Shown: piece after piece, positions 1 through 14,050 of the stretch
Layout: each line of letters opens with the position of its first letter
How positions within the stretch are numbered: the stretch's first letter is position 1
Assembly: GCF_001194135.2 (NCBI RefSeq)
Contig: NC_068993.1
Coordinates: 1,924,039 to 1,987,761 of the forward strand
Direction: 5' to 3'
Source: Octopus bimaculoides
Lineage: Eukaryota
DNA: 63,723 bases
Notes under the pieces: model-generated
The model's input: only the letters and a program-made list of their open reading frames with translations
What the model was told of the DNA's origin: nothing
Database searches by the model: none
Program-made: the position numbers and the translations under genes

Positions 1-429
1 TATATATATATATATATATATATGTGTGTATACTTATCTCGCTCTCACCTCCCATTCTACCCCCACCTCCCCTACCATGCTATATGAAATTTATCTCACT
101 TTGTTTCAGCTTTCATATTTTATGTCTTCCTTCAGTATTAACTAATCATTTATCTACAGCTGGTCTCTTCTATATCACTCCCAGACGCGCACACACCACA
201 CACACATACGCGCACGCACTCACGCACGCAGACACACACATACACGCGTGCGCGCGCACGCACATACACTTCACACTTATATACATATATCTGTATGCAT
301 GTATGTTTGTTTGTATGTATGTATCTATGTATGTATGTGGGCGTGTATGCATGTGTGTATATAGGTGAAATAAACATCATAAATGGTTTGCCCCCCACAG
401 AAACTACAGAAGCTCTCCTGAACCCATTG

Positions 430-504
<75 letters not shown>

Positions 505-506
<2 letters not shown>

Positions 507-632
507 AGAATATACAAAAAATAACAACAGACGAGGACAGGTGGTGTAAATAACAAAAGTATATATTAGTATGACGCTCGGGAATACGGAAAGTCTTTGA
601 CGCTTCGAGCTACGCTCTTCAACAGAAAGAAT
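505..632 (-). mobile_element. Short PLE-type non-autonomous repeat (HH family 2), 3' end running into (TA)n
   Basis: Clearly homologous to 58485-58640 (GACAGGTG-[GT]TAAA..CAA, TATTAGT.TGACGCTC.GGAA, AAAGTCTTT.AC..TTCGAGC.TACGCTCT). Carries a hammerhead-like motif at 594-630. Confidence 0.65.
594..630 (-). ncRNA. Minimal hammerhead-ribozyme-like motif, variant core
   Basis: Minus strand UCUUU-CUGUUGA-A-GAGC(GUA)GCUC-GAAG-CGU-C-AAAGA. 5-bp stem I, 4-bp stem II, GUC triplet. Core deviates at A6 (U) and A15.1 (G). Confidence 0.5.
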
Positions 633-2584
633 CCTTACAACTAATATACATGTATCCTACATACATACATACACACACACATACATACATACATACATAC
701 ATACATACATACCCATATACATACCTACATACATACATACATACACGCATGCACACATCATTGAAGTCATCAGCTCTTCTCGTCAAAAGTTAACCGTAAA
801 AATATTTACTTTATCTTTTAACTCCCATATATCATTTCTTTAGGCCAACATAACATCTTGTTGTTTACAGTGTTTCTTATTTCATTACATTATCCATCAA
901 TTATGTTTTATAGTAATTGATAGAACATATAATTTATTAATAGTCACACATTTTTGTATTTATAGTTAATAGTTTTGGTCAAAGTTCCCCCCCCCCTCCA
1001 AAACAAAACAAAACAAAAAGAACCTCAAAAAAAAAAAAGACCAGCGTCGGAGAGTTACCATGTCAAATCACCGTTAAGAACTACTTCATTATCTTCCAAT
1101 ATTTCACGTTGAAATATTTTCCTCATCCACAGATCTTCAGAGATACCCCTCTCTCTCCCTCTCTCTCTTTCTCTCTCTATTTCACTTTCTCTACCTCCCT
1201 CACTCTTTCTCTTTGTCTCTTTTTCTGACTCTAAAAATATTTTCCATTTAATTTATTTTAATTCTTTAATTAAAAATCCAGTCGTAATCAGATTTAAAAT
1301 GAGTGCTATCATATTTAATCTCCTCAAAGCTCGTTGGATCTGTAAAGATATTTTGCTGATACCTTTGCCAGGAAATTTTGTCAAATAGAAAATTTTTCTT
1401 GATGACAAAATAGGATGATCTTGCAGGGGAGATGGCGCATATTTTACTTGGAAAAAAAAAATCTAAACCGCCTGATTGGTCGAAAGGAAAAAAAAGGGAG
1501 AGAGAAAAAGCGTTTGTGACAGACACGTTTCCTAAACCCACATTGGAAGGGATTATTTAAGGGATTCGCCTCACGAAACGATGCGATCTGTGTTCAATAT
1601 CCATTATTCCGTGCTTTAATACAAATTTGAAAAACTAAACAAAGAGCAAAAACACACTGAACATGGCTGAATTATAACAGACACTATGTTCTTCATTGTT
1701 TTTTTTTAAAGTGAATGTAATACAGTAAGGCACGATTTAAGAATTTAATTAAAGTAAGTTAGTCCTAAAGGCATTCTCTTGAATTCTCTCTTATTTGGAT
1801 TGGTCTTCGAGAACTTACGCTTATGAAATAATCTCCATTTCATGCAGTTTCCATTCAGTATAACTTGGTATCAGACCAGCTTGAAACAGATTCAACAGAT
1901 TAAACTAAAGAATACTGAGCGCTTCTTTTACTAAATTGTTCGACCTTTACCATGGAAATCCCTGCAGATAATCTGACGGTGATAGATTTGTTCTTTGATT
2001 AAAATTGTGATAGAATCATCGATTTTGAGTAATTAATTAGTACTTGACTTATAGGTCGATACTTCCTAGTCAGTACGAAGAATACTTATAACCATTGAAA
2101 AAAGGGGAAAAGAGCGAAATGCAGGTGTGCCGCAGGATGTGAGAGGTGGCACAAAGAGCCTCTTACTGATTATAGAGCAACAGAAAGGAATGAGGAGGAG
2201 ATAATGATGAGCAGTATATGGTCAGCATTACTGAACCACCAATAAGAGGGTGTTACGGTTGAGGGTCGAAACATCGGATGACTGTTGGATACAGTATCAT
2301 GACATCATGACATCAATTCCTATTGGTCAAAACTAAGTTCACCAAACATGGAAGGAGAAGACGCATCTTCCTCTAGATGTTATCAATATCATATAATAAT
2401 TAAGAGGCAGCGATCTGCAAGAGTCGTTAGCAACTGGTTGAGGTCGAACAAGTGACAAGCAAATCTGTGGTATTGAGCAGAATATTTGCTGTAGTCCATC
2501 TTTTTATACCAAGGCAAAACAATGTACATGATAAACACTTCCAATCAATTAAGATCAGAGGCCATGTGGGACACTATCAGGGCA

Positions 2585-2720
2585 TTCTTCTTCTTCTTCT
2601 TCTTCTTCTTCTTCTTCTTCTTCTTCTTCTTCTTCTTCTTCTTCTTCTTCTTCTTCTTCTTCTTCTTCTTCTTCTTCTTCTTCTTCTTCTTCTTCTTCTT
2701 CTTCTTCTTCTTCTTCTTCT
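2585..2720. repeat. (CTT)n microsatellite, ~45 units
   Basis: Perfect trinucleotide run; explains the poly-L and poly-F ORFs. Confidence 0.98.
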
Positions 2721-4221
2721 ACCTGCCATTATTTCTCAAGCCATGCAAACAACAAGGTATTTTGAAATCTTGGATTGTTGATTACTGCGTCTAGAACAAA
2801 TTTTCAAAGATCGAAAATTGTGTTTAGCAACCTTTAAAACATCGAAATTCTGATAGGAATCTCCACAAGAACGTTTATGCTGAGATCCATAAATCTAATG
2901 AAATGCATTGATATACCTGACAGTCACACTTCCTGTTCTTCATTCATGCAACATTGAGTCTCTAACGGACAGAAAATGCAGAATATTGACATGAAACAAG
3001 CGAGTGCAGTAAAGTAACGTTCTCCATTGGTGGTGCAACATTCCCGTGCATGTGTTTCGTGCGACTTTGTAACTTTGATCAAAGAGAGAACTTGTACTGC
3101 ATGCTGCATCATCTTCGTGAGATTCTCGAGAGTCTGTCTGTGTGTCCATCAATGGTAGATTTCTTTGATGCATTTTTCACACCACAAATACCAAACATAA
3201 ATTTAAAACTACACAGGGCCAAAATTCATAGATAAACGATTGAACAGGTATCGATTTGTGTGCGTATATGTATGTGTCAATGTATTTCTGTATAAGCAGG
3301 TATATATGTGTGTGTGTATGTGTATATATATATATGTACATATGTATGTATATATGTATATGTATATATATGTATATATGTATATATGTATATATGTATA
3401 TATATCTATGTATGTATATGCATGTATCTATAAGGGTGTGTGTGTATATATATATGTACATATATGTATATATATATATATATGTGTATATATATTTACT
3501 TATGTATTTGTGTGTGTGCGTGTGGTGTATAGGTCTATATGTGTGCGTGTGCATGAGTATGTTTATGTGTGGATAAATGCGTGTTTGCATATATAGCTGT
3601 CTATTTGTCTATTAATATGTATGTATGTTTGTATGTAGCAACGAGTGTGTATATCCAATCTGCGACATTCAAAGTCTACATTCTTTAGAACTCTATAGCT
3701 TTCACATGTTTCCATTTATAATCCATTGTAAAGCATATCCTTGCCTTGAATTGTAGGCGAACCCTGCACTGCAGACCGTTAGCTCGCAGCAAACCATGTG
3801 CGTGACCTGGTTTCCTTTCCTCTTTATAACTCCGGGCCAAATCGTGAAGGTCACATCCACTACTTTTTTCATTCTATTTTGCTCGACAGACGTTTAATCA
3901 CTCATTGACAATCACATTCATTCTTAGATTTAATCAATTTACTCGACAAAATTCGACTACTTCACGGCTTCCTTGCTTCCATTGCACGCCGTATTTATAT
4001 TCTGCATTCAATCTTCGTGTTTTGGCTCACAACATTTACATGCAGAAGGTTTAGTTATATGACTAATTTACATTTTATACACACAACAAGTACATACAAA
4101 TACACACAAACACACACGAACACACACATGCATACATATATGGCTGCAATCCAATGACTAAAACAAGTACATATATATTTGTATATATATATACATACAT
4201 TCATATATATATATATATCCA

Positions 4222-4386
4222 AAAAAGGAAGAAAAAACATGAAAATAAAACACCGCAAAGACGTGGTACATGCAGAGTATTAAAAGACGCTCAGAGAAGG
4301 AAAGAAAGGGTGTTTTACGTTTCGAGCGAAACTCTTCTTCAGAAGCAGGAGACAGAGGAAAGTCCAAGAGAGAAGCAAGACGGAGG

Positions 4387-4390
<4 letters not shown>
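4222..4390 (-). mobile_element. Short PLE-type repeat (HH family 3) between (TA)n and (CA)n
   Basis: Non-microsatellite island with the same layout as family 2 (GACGCTC...GAAAG...TTTTACGTTTCGAGC...CTCTTC), containing an intact hammerhead core. Confidence 0.55.
4311..4347 (-). ncRNA. Minimal type-I hammerhead ribozyme, intact catalytic core
   Basis: Minus strand UGCUU-CUGAAGA-A-GAG(UUUCG)CUC-GAAA-CGU-A-AAACA. Canonical CUGANGA and GAAA boxes, palindromic ACGU stem III, GUA triplet, stem I 4/5 paired. Confidence 0.7.
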
Positions 4391-4418
<28 letters not shown>

Positions 4419-4846
4419 NNNNNNNNNNNNNNNNNNNNNNNNNNNNNNNNNNNNNNNNNNNNNNNNNNNNNNNNNNNNNNNNNNNNNNNNNNNNNNNNNN
4501 NNNNNNNNNNNNNNNNNNNNNNNNNNNNNNNNNNNNNNNNNNNNNNNNNNNNNNNNNNNNNNNNNNNNNNNNNNNNNNNNNNNNNNNNNNNNNNNNNNNN
4601 NNNNNNNNNNNNNNNNNNNNNNNNNNNNNNNNNNNNNNNNNNNNNNNNNNNNNNNNNNNNNNNNNNNNNNNNNNNNNNNNNNNNNNNNNNNNNNNNNNNN
4701 NNNNNNNNNNNNNNNNNNNNNNNNNNNNNNNNNNNNNNNNNNNNNNNNNNNNNNNNNNNNNNNNNNNNNNNNNNNNNNNNNNNNNNNNNNNNNNNNNNNN
4801 NNNNNNNNNNNNNNNNNNNNNNNNNNNNNNNNNNNNNNNNNNNNNN
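4419..4846. other. Assembly gap (N run). Others at 5336-5345, 6347-6448, 12514-13218, 19250-19671, 25324-25333, 49578-49773, 50473-50665, 58205-58452
   Basis: Runs of N, most flanked by (TA)n, (CA)n, (CT)n or homopolymer tracts. Confidence 0.99.
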
Positions 4847-4895
4847 TATATATATATATATATGTGTATATATATGTATGCATGTATGTATGTAT

Positions 4896-4981
<86 letters not shown>

Positions 4982-5914
4982 TGTGCATGTGTATATGTAC
5001 GTGTATATATATGTGTGTGTCTATACATCTGTTAATACTATGTATGTCTGTTTGTCTGCCTTGTTGGTTCTTTCTATTTATGCACGCGTGAATGAATAAA
5101 GGAATATTGCTTGTATGCTTTATTAAAAATTGTGAGTCCAACACAATGCGTTTCTTTCGTTCAAAGAACTCACACAAACACATACACAAACAGACACTGA
5201 CGTGTGCACACACACATATATATAGGCATGTATGCATTTATTCATGTGTTTATATACATATATATACGTTTTTCTATATATGTAAATATATAGATATATA
5301 CATATATATATATGTATATGCGTAACTATATATATNNNNNNNNNNTCTCTCTCTCTCTCTCTCTCTCCCTCTCTCTCTCACCATATCTCTCCCCATCTCT
5401 CTCTCTCTTTTCTCCTTCGTACCATCTCTCTCTCTTTCTCTCCCTCTCTCCCTCTCATTAATTTCCACCTCTATGAAAACATGCTTTGTAACGGAAGTAG
5501 GGTCTTATGAACGTGATTTCAATCGGAAGTAGCTACACATGATTTGTCATGACGTGAACTGGGATTTGTGAAACAAATGTTTTCGTTTTTCGTTTATCTA
5601 TGATTCCAAGTTCTAAGATTCCAGCTTGGAAACGTTGCTATGTTGCTGTGATAAAAGTCCCATTTATTTACGATGCCATTTTCAGAATCTATGAAAAACA
5701 GTTTTTTTCCGATTCCTAATTCAATTAGTAATTTGTGGAATTAGCGATTAATCAATCACTGCACTCGATGACTTTTCAAATTCTTCAAATCTAACGCAAG
5801 AAGAAGAGGAAGGCATCTCATTAACACTGGTGCCGCCGCTGCCTCTGCTGTAACCACAGGCCACGGCTGCAACCGCTACAACTATTTAAGTTCCTGCTGC
5901 CGCCGCTGCTACTG

Positions 5915-5920
<6 letters not shown>

Positions 5921-5978
<58 letters not shown>
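5921..5978. repeat. (CTA)n microsatellite
   Basis: Trinucleotide run preceded by a GCC/GCT-rich mosaic. Confidence 0.95.
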
Positions 5979-5983
<5 letters not shown>

Positions 5984-7264
5984 GTGGTATAATAAACTCA
6001 TAAAACAATAGAGTTGAATACTTTTCGAAACACAATTCCAGAACTGAAGTTCCTCAACTTTGTTTCATTTTCTCCTAGAACCATCTTTTGCCGTTTTCAG
6101 ATATAGCATTCCCCAACCATTCCTACACCTCCCTTAATTATGTTGCTCATTTCTATTTGATCTTTTACCAATTCCTCAACTTAAACCACCTTTAACTACA
6201 ATCGTCCTTGTCTATCTTTCTTTTGCGTGTTTCGAGTGTCAGTTATAAAAATATTTAGAAACTCTATCTTCTTCACAAATATTACTTATTGGGTCAAATC
6301 CTACCAATAATCGATATCTGATATTTAGAAACGCTTTTCTCCCCCCNNNNNNNNNNNNNNNNNNNNNNNNNNNNNNNNNNNNNNNNNNNNNNNNNNNNNN
6401 NNNNNNNNNNNNNNNNNNNNNNNNNNNNNNNNNNNNNNNNNNNNNNNNAAAAAAAAAAGAAAAAAACAGGAATCAGGCCGTTCCTCCTTCCCAGACACCT
6501 TATTTGAAGTTCTTGAGGAATTTCGGGTTTTCACTTCGAGAACATTTTTGTTTTAAAAAATTATGCATATTTTCTTTATAAATTCACGTCCTTATCTGCT
6601 CGGAATCGGTATCTTTTCCCATCTCAACTGGGTTTTCTTATATGTACTACATAGCACAGACGTTATTTAGCCAGTATCATCTCTGCATCAAAATCTTTTC
6701 TCGTTCCGATTAATCAATACATATCTATAATACACCTTTTCATAAAACCATACTCTTTCCTGCGTTTTCTCACCATCCTCATCGCCACATCTCTCCCCCA
6801 CTCCTCTTTCTTATTTTTGTGGCCAAATCCACACTTCATCTTCACCATGTTACATACTGTTCTCAAAATGGCTTCCTTCCTCCTTGTCTTTCATTTGCAG
6901 AATTTATATCACATCCCCTTCCAGTGTCTCTTTGTATGTAAAACACTTTTATTGCTTGTTCGTTCATCAGAAAACAGTTTCTTTGCGAGAATTCTCTTAA
7001 ATCATTCCAGTTAGCTTTTATTGTTTCAAACTCTTAATGGCTTTAGTCACTGAATTACGGCCATGATAGAGAACTGCAGTTGATCGTATTAATCTCAGTA
7101 TATCAGTAATTTTCTCAGAGCAGAATTTACTTAATCGAACCTGTTTATCGAACCGCTATGTTACAGCAAATAAGGTGACACGATATAAGCAACATCATGC
7201 TATATACTGAGTTAAATATAGACATACGTACGCACCTACAAATACAATACACATATACATAATT

Positions 7265-7326
7265 GCGTTAATTTCACGAGCAGGCTGTTCCGTTGATCGG
7301 ATCAACTGGAACCCTCGACGTCGTAA
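7265..7326 (+). mobile_element. Probable SINE 3' fragment
   Basis: GC-richer island GTTAATTTCACGAGCAGGCTGTTCCGTTGATCGGATCAACTGGAACCCTCG. I recognise it as the distal part of the SINE whose head is at 15756; single copy in this window. Confidence 0.4.
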
Positions 7327-7912
7327 GTGCTGACATCGTGCATTTAAGTTTATGAGAGCGAGTGTGTGGGAATAAAGCTATCGTGTTAGAAGTGAAACGA
7401 GTGCAGTGTGAATGATGGAGGAATAGAAAAAGCGTGAGCAGAGGAGAAGCGCGCTAGAAAAAGTGTGCCGAAGAAAGTGTCGAAGCCTCGAAATGATTAG
7501 TGGGGCATCCGCAATCGAAAGGTAAACCGGAGAGCAGGAGAGGTGTTGGGAGGAGTGGTGAGTAGATACAAATGTCCAGAGACAATTGACACGTTAGCAA
7601 GTTGGATTACTCTTCATTTGAAACTGGAATCCCAGGTTTGATCGCCATCTTCGAAAACTACGCTAATCTGGATTACCACCCAGCTTGTATTGGATAACTT
7701 TTTATTGATACGTGTGCGTGTGTAGTTATATGTATATATGTGTATATATATATGTGTGTGTGTGCGTGTGTGTCTGTATGTATTTCTATTTACATATATG
7801 AATATACACACATAAACACAAACATTTCATTTAGGTATAATATTTGCAAGTGAAGAGTAGATAAGATAATTATGTCTATATATATGTGTGTGAATGTATG
7901 AATGTGTATATG

Positions 7913-7978
<66 letters not shown>

Positions 7979-8259
7979 TATGTGTGTGTGTCTGTAAGTA
8001 GTGTAAGTATGCATATTCATATGTGTGTGTACATATTGTATATAACAATATTTTATTGAAGTAATAAATTATTTTTCTTGGAGATACCAATAAAATCCAC
8101 CAGTCACTTTCTCTCTGTGTATATATACATACACACATTCATGTCACATTTTGATATAATATATTCAATCATTTACTGCTGTTATATATGTGTGTTCCTG
8201 TGTGTGTGTGTGTGTGTATACATATATATATATATACACACTCACACATACATACATAC

Positions 8260-8329
<70 letters not shown>

Positions 8330-9065
8330 TTATCTTCTCAACCTATCGCTCTCTCTCTCTTTGTCACGCTCGCGCACACATATTTTCTAATTTTCAAATT
8401 GATAAAATTGCAATGTATCAGTAATCCATAATCCAAGTGAGGGATATAAGATTATAGGATCACATGTATTTAATCCGAACTTCGAGATGTAATTCAGTAA
8501 AAGTAACCATTTACAAATTTTCGAAAAAAAAAAAAACAATATTAATATAACAAGTAAAAAAACAAAATTTTTATTTCCGATTTCTATGGAAATTTGTGTA
8601 TTAAAGATGAAATTTATTAAAATTTAGATTTCAGGTTTTAAATTTCTTTGTTTGATATGTACTATCTTCAAATTTGAGTTCATGTTCTAAGAAGAAAACA
8701 TACGTTTGTGCTGTGGTTAGGGTGGTGCGGTCACAAACATTAGGTCATGAGTTCGATTACTGAATCACAGCGTGACACAGCGATGACTGGATTGTATTAC
8801 ACATTATCCAAACAAACAATCAACGAATGTTCTATATTTTTTCTGATTTTACTGCCTGACACTTATCCAAGAAGCTCTGCTCCCATTTGAATTGTGTTTG
8901 GCAACTTTTATTTTCTCTCAATGATTTATTAAGGATTTGAAAATGAATGTCATACTTATTGTTGACACCATAAGACTTCGAGAGAACATGAAGTATTTCT
9001 TGTTTGGAGCGTGGAATATCGAAGCAGATAAACTTTAAATGAGCCCTTCGACTGTAGGTACATGG

Positions 9066-9230
9066 TCTGAAATTTTGAGGGAGGAGAGGGCTGATTGATT
9101 ACATCGATCCAAGTGTTTGACTGGTTCTTATTTTATCGACCTCGACAGGACGAAAGGCAAAGTCGACCACTGACGAATTGCGGCTGAGCACTTTGTCCGG
9201 CGTGCTGACGATTCTGCCGGCTCGCTACCT
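9066..9230 (-). mobile_element. SINE family A, internally deleted copy
   Basis: Reverse complement of the head GGCGAGCYGGCAGAATCGTYAGCACGCCGG and of the core GTCGACTTTGCCTTTCGTCC..GTCGATAAAATAAG; matches 45022 and 51730. Confidence 0.85.
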
Positions 9231-9251
9231 TAGATAAACTATAATTATGCT

Positions 9252-9437
9252 TTCAGATTTTGGCACAAGGCCAGCAATTTCAAGAGAGGGTATAAGTCGA
9301 TCTCAGTGTTCAATTGGAATTTATTTTACTTCGAAAGGAAGAAAGGCAAAGTCAATCACAGTGAAATTTGAACTTAAAACGTAAAGACGGACGAAATGTC
9401 GCAAAGCATTTTGTCCAGAGTGTTTACGATCCTGGCT
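9252..9437 (-). mobile_element. SINE family A copy, tandem with previous
   Basis: TTTTGGCACAAGGCCAGCAATTTC tail, GAAAGGCAAAGTC core, TTTGAACT B-box complement. Confidence 0.85.
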
Positions 9438-10303
9438 TAGAAACAATATAAATAATAGAGCGTAAATATTAAGTTAAAAAATAGCCTTTGGTTTAAAAAA
9501 GTCGATGGCTGCTTATTATATTTACAGGAGATCTGGTTTTGCGTCCAACGAGCCGCCTTCGACCTTTTCTATCCAAAGGATTTTAAATCCTATATCCACA
9601 GGTTATTATCTATAGCTTAACGGCATCGGAATCCAACGTTCCAAAACACGAGAAAAAAAAATTAAAAGAAAGGAATAAAAGATTATTTCCTGTAAATTCT
9701 TATGATTTACACACAAACTGTTCTTTATTTCCCTTTAAACTCTTCCTACAGGCTTTAAGCTGGTATCTTATGTTTCATGGAACATTATTCCTATCCGACG
9801 AGACAGGTTTACGAAGTTTCTGAATTTATTTAAAAGAATACAGTTGCATAAGAAGTTACAAATGACAAAATTGCTCCATAGGCAGGATGATAGCAGACGA
9901 GTAAACAGTGTAGAACGCAATAACACGCCGAGTGTGACAGCTTACTTTCTTCTGGGCGCAATAACAAAAGAAAAAAATAATGAAGCAAAACAAAGAGGTG
10001 GTTCTGTATAGGGGTGTTCAAAAATTAGCTGCAACTTCCGGGGACGGCCAACCATCGAGAATAGTTTTGTTTTCGTAATTTTATCCGTTAGATTGTTGGA
10101 ATATTATGATTTATAATAACGAGGTTGCGTTCTCACAGGGAACGTAAGACGAGGTATGAGCGTCTCTCTCCCTCTCTTCCTTTTTTGTGTGTACTTTCAT
10201 ACATACATATGTATGTGCATAATTATTTATATACGTGTGTATATACACATATGTGTACACACATCTATAAACATGTGCATATATATAAATTATATAAATA
10301 TAG

Positions 10304-10339
<36 letters not shown>

Positions 10340-10769
10340 GTATATATATATATATATATATGTACATACATATAAAAATCTGTATATATATATATATATA
10401 TCTATACACACACACGGACACACATAAATATATACGTATGTGCATGCCTATACATGTATGTTAATATTCAAGCACACAGAGGTACTTATACATGTATACG
10501 TATAGAAATATACGCTACATGAAGCCAACACTGTATCGATCAGTCTGTATTGATGTTCTTCTCATCAGCGAAGATTGAAGCATCAAGGTGTTAAACTAAA
10601 GAGAAAATGCATGTTTGCTGCCACTCACCAGTGAATGCAGTCGAGTTTGATGTGCCTCTCTACATCTATAAAGATATTTATCAAACGTATTAATCTGTTT
10701 AATGTCTTCGTAACAGCGATAATGATTCCTTTGGTGGCGCTCTCGATAGCTGTGGCTGGGTATTAACGA

Positions 10770-10994
10770 GAGAGAGAGAGAGAGGGGGGGAAGAGGGAGA
10801 GAGAGAGAGAGGGAAGAGGGAGAGAGAGAGAGAAGGAGAGAGTTGTAGAAGGAGATAGGGAGAAGGAGGGAGAGAGAAGAAGAGATGAAGAAAGTGAGAG
10901 AGAAAGAGGGAAGGAGAGAGAATGTGATAATGAGAGAGAGAGAGTCAGAGACAGAGAGAATGGAAAAGAAAGGCATAATAGGTAAAGGGAGTAT

Positions 10995-11036
<42 letters not shown>
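10770..11036. repeat. GA-rich polypurine / (GA)n tract
   Basis: Almost pure purine on the + strand. Confidence 0.9.
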
Positions 11037-11039
<3 letters not shown>

Positions 11040-11344
11040 GTAAAATGGTAGTAATGTTGGTTGTAGTGATTTGGTGGTGTTTGTATGTAAGAGTGTGTTA
11101 ATGTTGTTGGTATAATTTGGTGATAATTGTAGTATTGGCTGTAATAGATGTGGTTATGTTGTCATGGTGTGGCGCAGTAGCGTTGTGGTGGTGGTGGTGG
11201 TGGTGGTGATGGTGGTGGTGGTGGTGGTGGTGGTATAATGTGCTGATAATTGCGATATTGTTAGTAACGCGTTTGATGCTGGAAATAACAGCCTTTCAAA
11301 AAAGTGAAGGAAGGACAAATTACCTAATGTTGTCCCAGATGTCT

Positions 11345-11430
11345 GAAAACAAACGAAGAGAGGGTCTTGGTTGGAACGCCTTTGGTCAGACATCTACTGA
11401 CTTAGGATTGGCCGAGGGCTAAATATTAAC
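11345..11430 (+). mobile_element. Repeat family F fragment (3' end ...GGCTAAA-(AAC)n type)
   Basis: Similar to 51540-51665 and, inverted, to 23475-23530 and 55245-55360. Confidence 0.5.
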
Positions 11431-11779
11431 AATGGTATTCAGGCAAACCAACGAAAAAGCTCGATATGTCTGCTCGACTAACTAGAAATAACAGCCAATT
11501 ATCCCTCACCTCACACTTTTCTAATCATCTTAAAAACGTAAGAAAATATGATCAATGTTATTGTTCTACAGACACTAGCCTGGAAAGTGGAAGAATTGGT
11601 CATGAGTGGATTGAAAAAGACAAAAAAAAAACGGAATTGAAACCGCGACGCTGACTTGTTCAAGCAACAGTCATTGGAATCTATTCAATGAGATTACAAG
11701 ACATTCGGTTCCGTGTATCTGTGTGTGCGATTCAAAGCACTTCCGACACTCTGTCAAATCTTCATCTTCATCAACTCTT

Positions 11780-11863
11780 GCTTCTTCTTCTTCTTCTTCT
11801 TCTTCTTCTTCTTCTTCTTCTTCTTCTTCTTCTTCTTCTTCTTCTTCTTCTTCTTCTTCTTCC

Positions 11864-11898
<35 letters not shown>

Positions 11899-11927
11899 GC
11901 AATCTCTCTTTCTCTCTCTCTCTCCCC
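11780..11927. repeat. Compound (CTT)n-(CT)n microsatellite
   Basis: Direct reading; explains the poly-E/K/S/L ORFs. Confidence 0.97.
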
Positions 11928-12400
11928 AGTCACTTTCGATGCCATTCCAATAAAAGGCAGTGAATCGTAATAACAATAAGGAAGAACACTCTCTTAGGTT
12001 TCCGACTTAGCGAAATAATGTAATAAACACACACGTGCGCGCGCTCACGCACACACACATACACACACACGCATACACACACATGCATACACACACATGC
12101 ATACACACAGGCATACGCACATACACACAGAAACAATCACTCACAAATACACACATATATATCTACCGTTGTATATATACGTGTCGGTGCGTCTAAACGC
12201 GCACACTCGACATACAGACGTACCCAGATAAATGGCTGCTTCACAGAATAACGTCCAAACAAGGAGGGGGAGCGGGTAGGGGCATGTTATACATTCACTA
12301 CATTGCGTAATATACACTCGTAAGCACCTATGCATGTATGTGTGTGGCTATATGACTTAGTCTCTGTTTATTACCTTCTAATATTTTCTTGACATTGTGC

Positions 12401-12435
<35 letters not shown>

Positions 12436-13362
12436 AATGATTAAACATAGATTTCTATTTTTCTTCCTAAAGTTTTCCCCTAGATATTCAATGATATATA
12501 TATATATATATATNNNNNNNNNNNNNNNNNNNNNNNNNNNNNNNNNNNNNNNNNNNNNNNNNNNNNNNNNNNNNNNNNNNNNNNNNNNNNNNNNNNNNNN
12601 NNNNNNNNNNNNNNNNNNNNNNNNNNNNNNNNNNNNNNNNNNNNNNNNNNNNNNNNNNNNNNNNNNNNNNNNNNNNNNNNNNNNNNNNNNNNNNNNNNNN
12701 NNNNNNNNNNNNNNNNNNNNNNNNNNNNNNNNNNNNNNNNNNNNNNNNNNNNNNNNNNNNNNNNNNNNNNNNNNNNNNNNNNNNNNNNNNNNNNNNNNNN
12801 NNNNNNNNNNNNNNNNNNNNNNNNNNNNNNNNNNNNNNNNNNNNNNNNNNNNNNNNNNNNNNNNNNNNNNNNNNNNNNNNNNNNNNNNNNNNNNNNNNNN
12901 NNNNNNNNNNNNNNNNNNNNNNNNNNNNNNNNNNNNNNNNNNNNNNNNNNNNNNNNNNNNNNNNNNNNNNNNNNNNNNNNNNNNNNNNNNNNNNNNNNNN
13001 NNNNNNNNNNNNNNNNNNNNNNNNNNNNNNNNNNNNNNNNNNNNNNNNNNNNNNNNNNNNNNNNNNNNNNNNNNNNNNNNNNNNNNNNNNNNNNNNNNNN
13101 NNNNNNNNNNNNNNNNNNNNNNNNNNNNNNNNNNNNNNNNNNNNNNNNNNNNNNNNNNNNNNNNNNNNNNNNNNNNNNNNNNNNNNNNNNNNNNNNNNNN
13201 NNNNNNNNNNNNNNNNNNCAATATCTTAATGGCGCATGGCTACCAACTCACGTTTCATATTTACACGGTGCAGTATTTCCACATACAGAGGAAATGCGTA
13301 GAAGCCTCTCATAGTGATAAACTAGATAGTTATCTAAGGTCTCACGTGTGCGTATGTGTGTG

Positions 13363-13401
<39 letters not shown>

Positions 13402-13921
13402 GGCCTAGGCAGCAACTCGCATTTCATGTTCACGTATTTCTTCGTTTCAGATAGAAAGCTATCCAATTCTATAGTTCGAACAATAGATTTGTAGACGGTG
13501 GTGGTAATTCGGATGTACAGAATCCTAGTTCATATTGAGGGCGTTGACAAGAATGTAACATGGCTGTATAATCTGATGTTTGAAAATTAACATAATTTCT
13601 TAGGAATATCTAAAGAATTTTGGTTGGTATAATTACCGGGAATGTCTAGAACTCTTCATATTAGATGTGTGGTTGCATTTGTGTGCTGATGTGTGGTTGT
13701 GTGTTGAGTCTGTTTGCATTCTGTAAAAAGTACCTGTCCTTTTGAGTCATTATATCAACCGTACTTCTTTCTCTTGTACTTCATTTATGTTCAGTGAGGT
13801 CTACGAAAACATGGTGGTACATGGTGGTAGTGGTGATGGTGGTGGTGGTGGTGATTGGGTAAAACGAAAAGATGTAAAAAGCACTTTTATGTCCCTAGCA
13901 CTTTTGTGACACTAATTTCTG

Positions 13922-14050
<129 letters not shown>

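Noticed and set aside
1266-1541. 91-aa non-repetitive minus-strand ORF
   Set aside because: Two frames are open, there is no recognisable motif, and splice signals are unconvincing.
2924-3173. Cys-rich minus-strand ORFs
   Set aside because: No recognised domain; cannot be distinguished from UTR or intron sequence.
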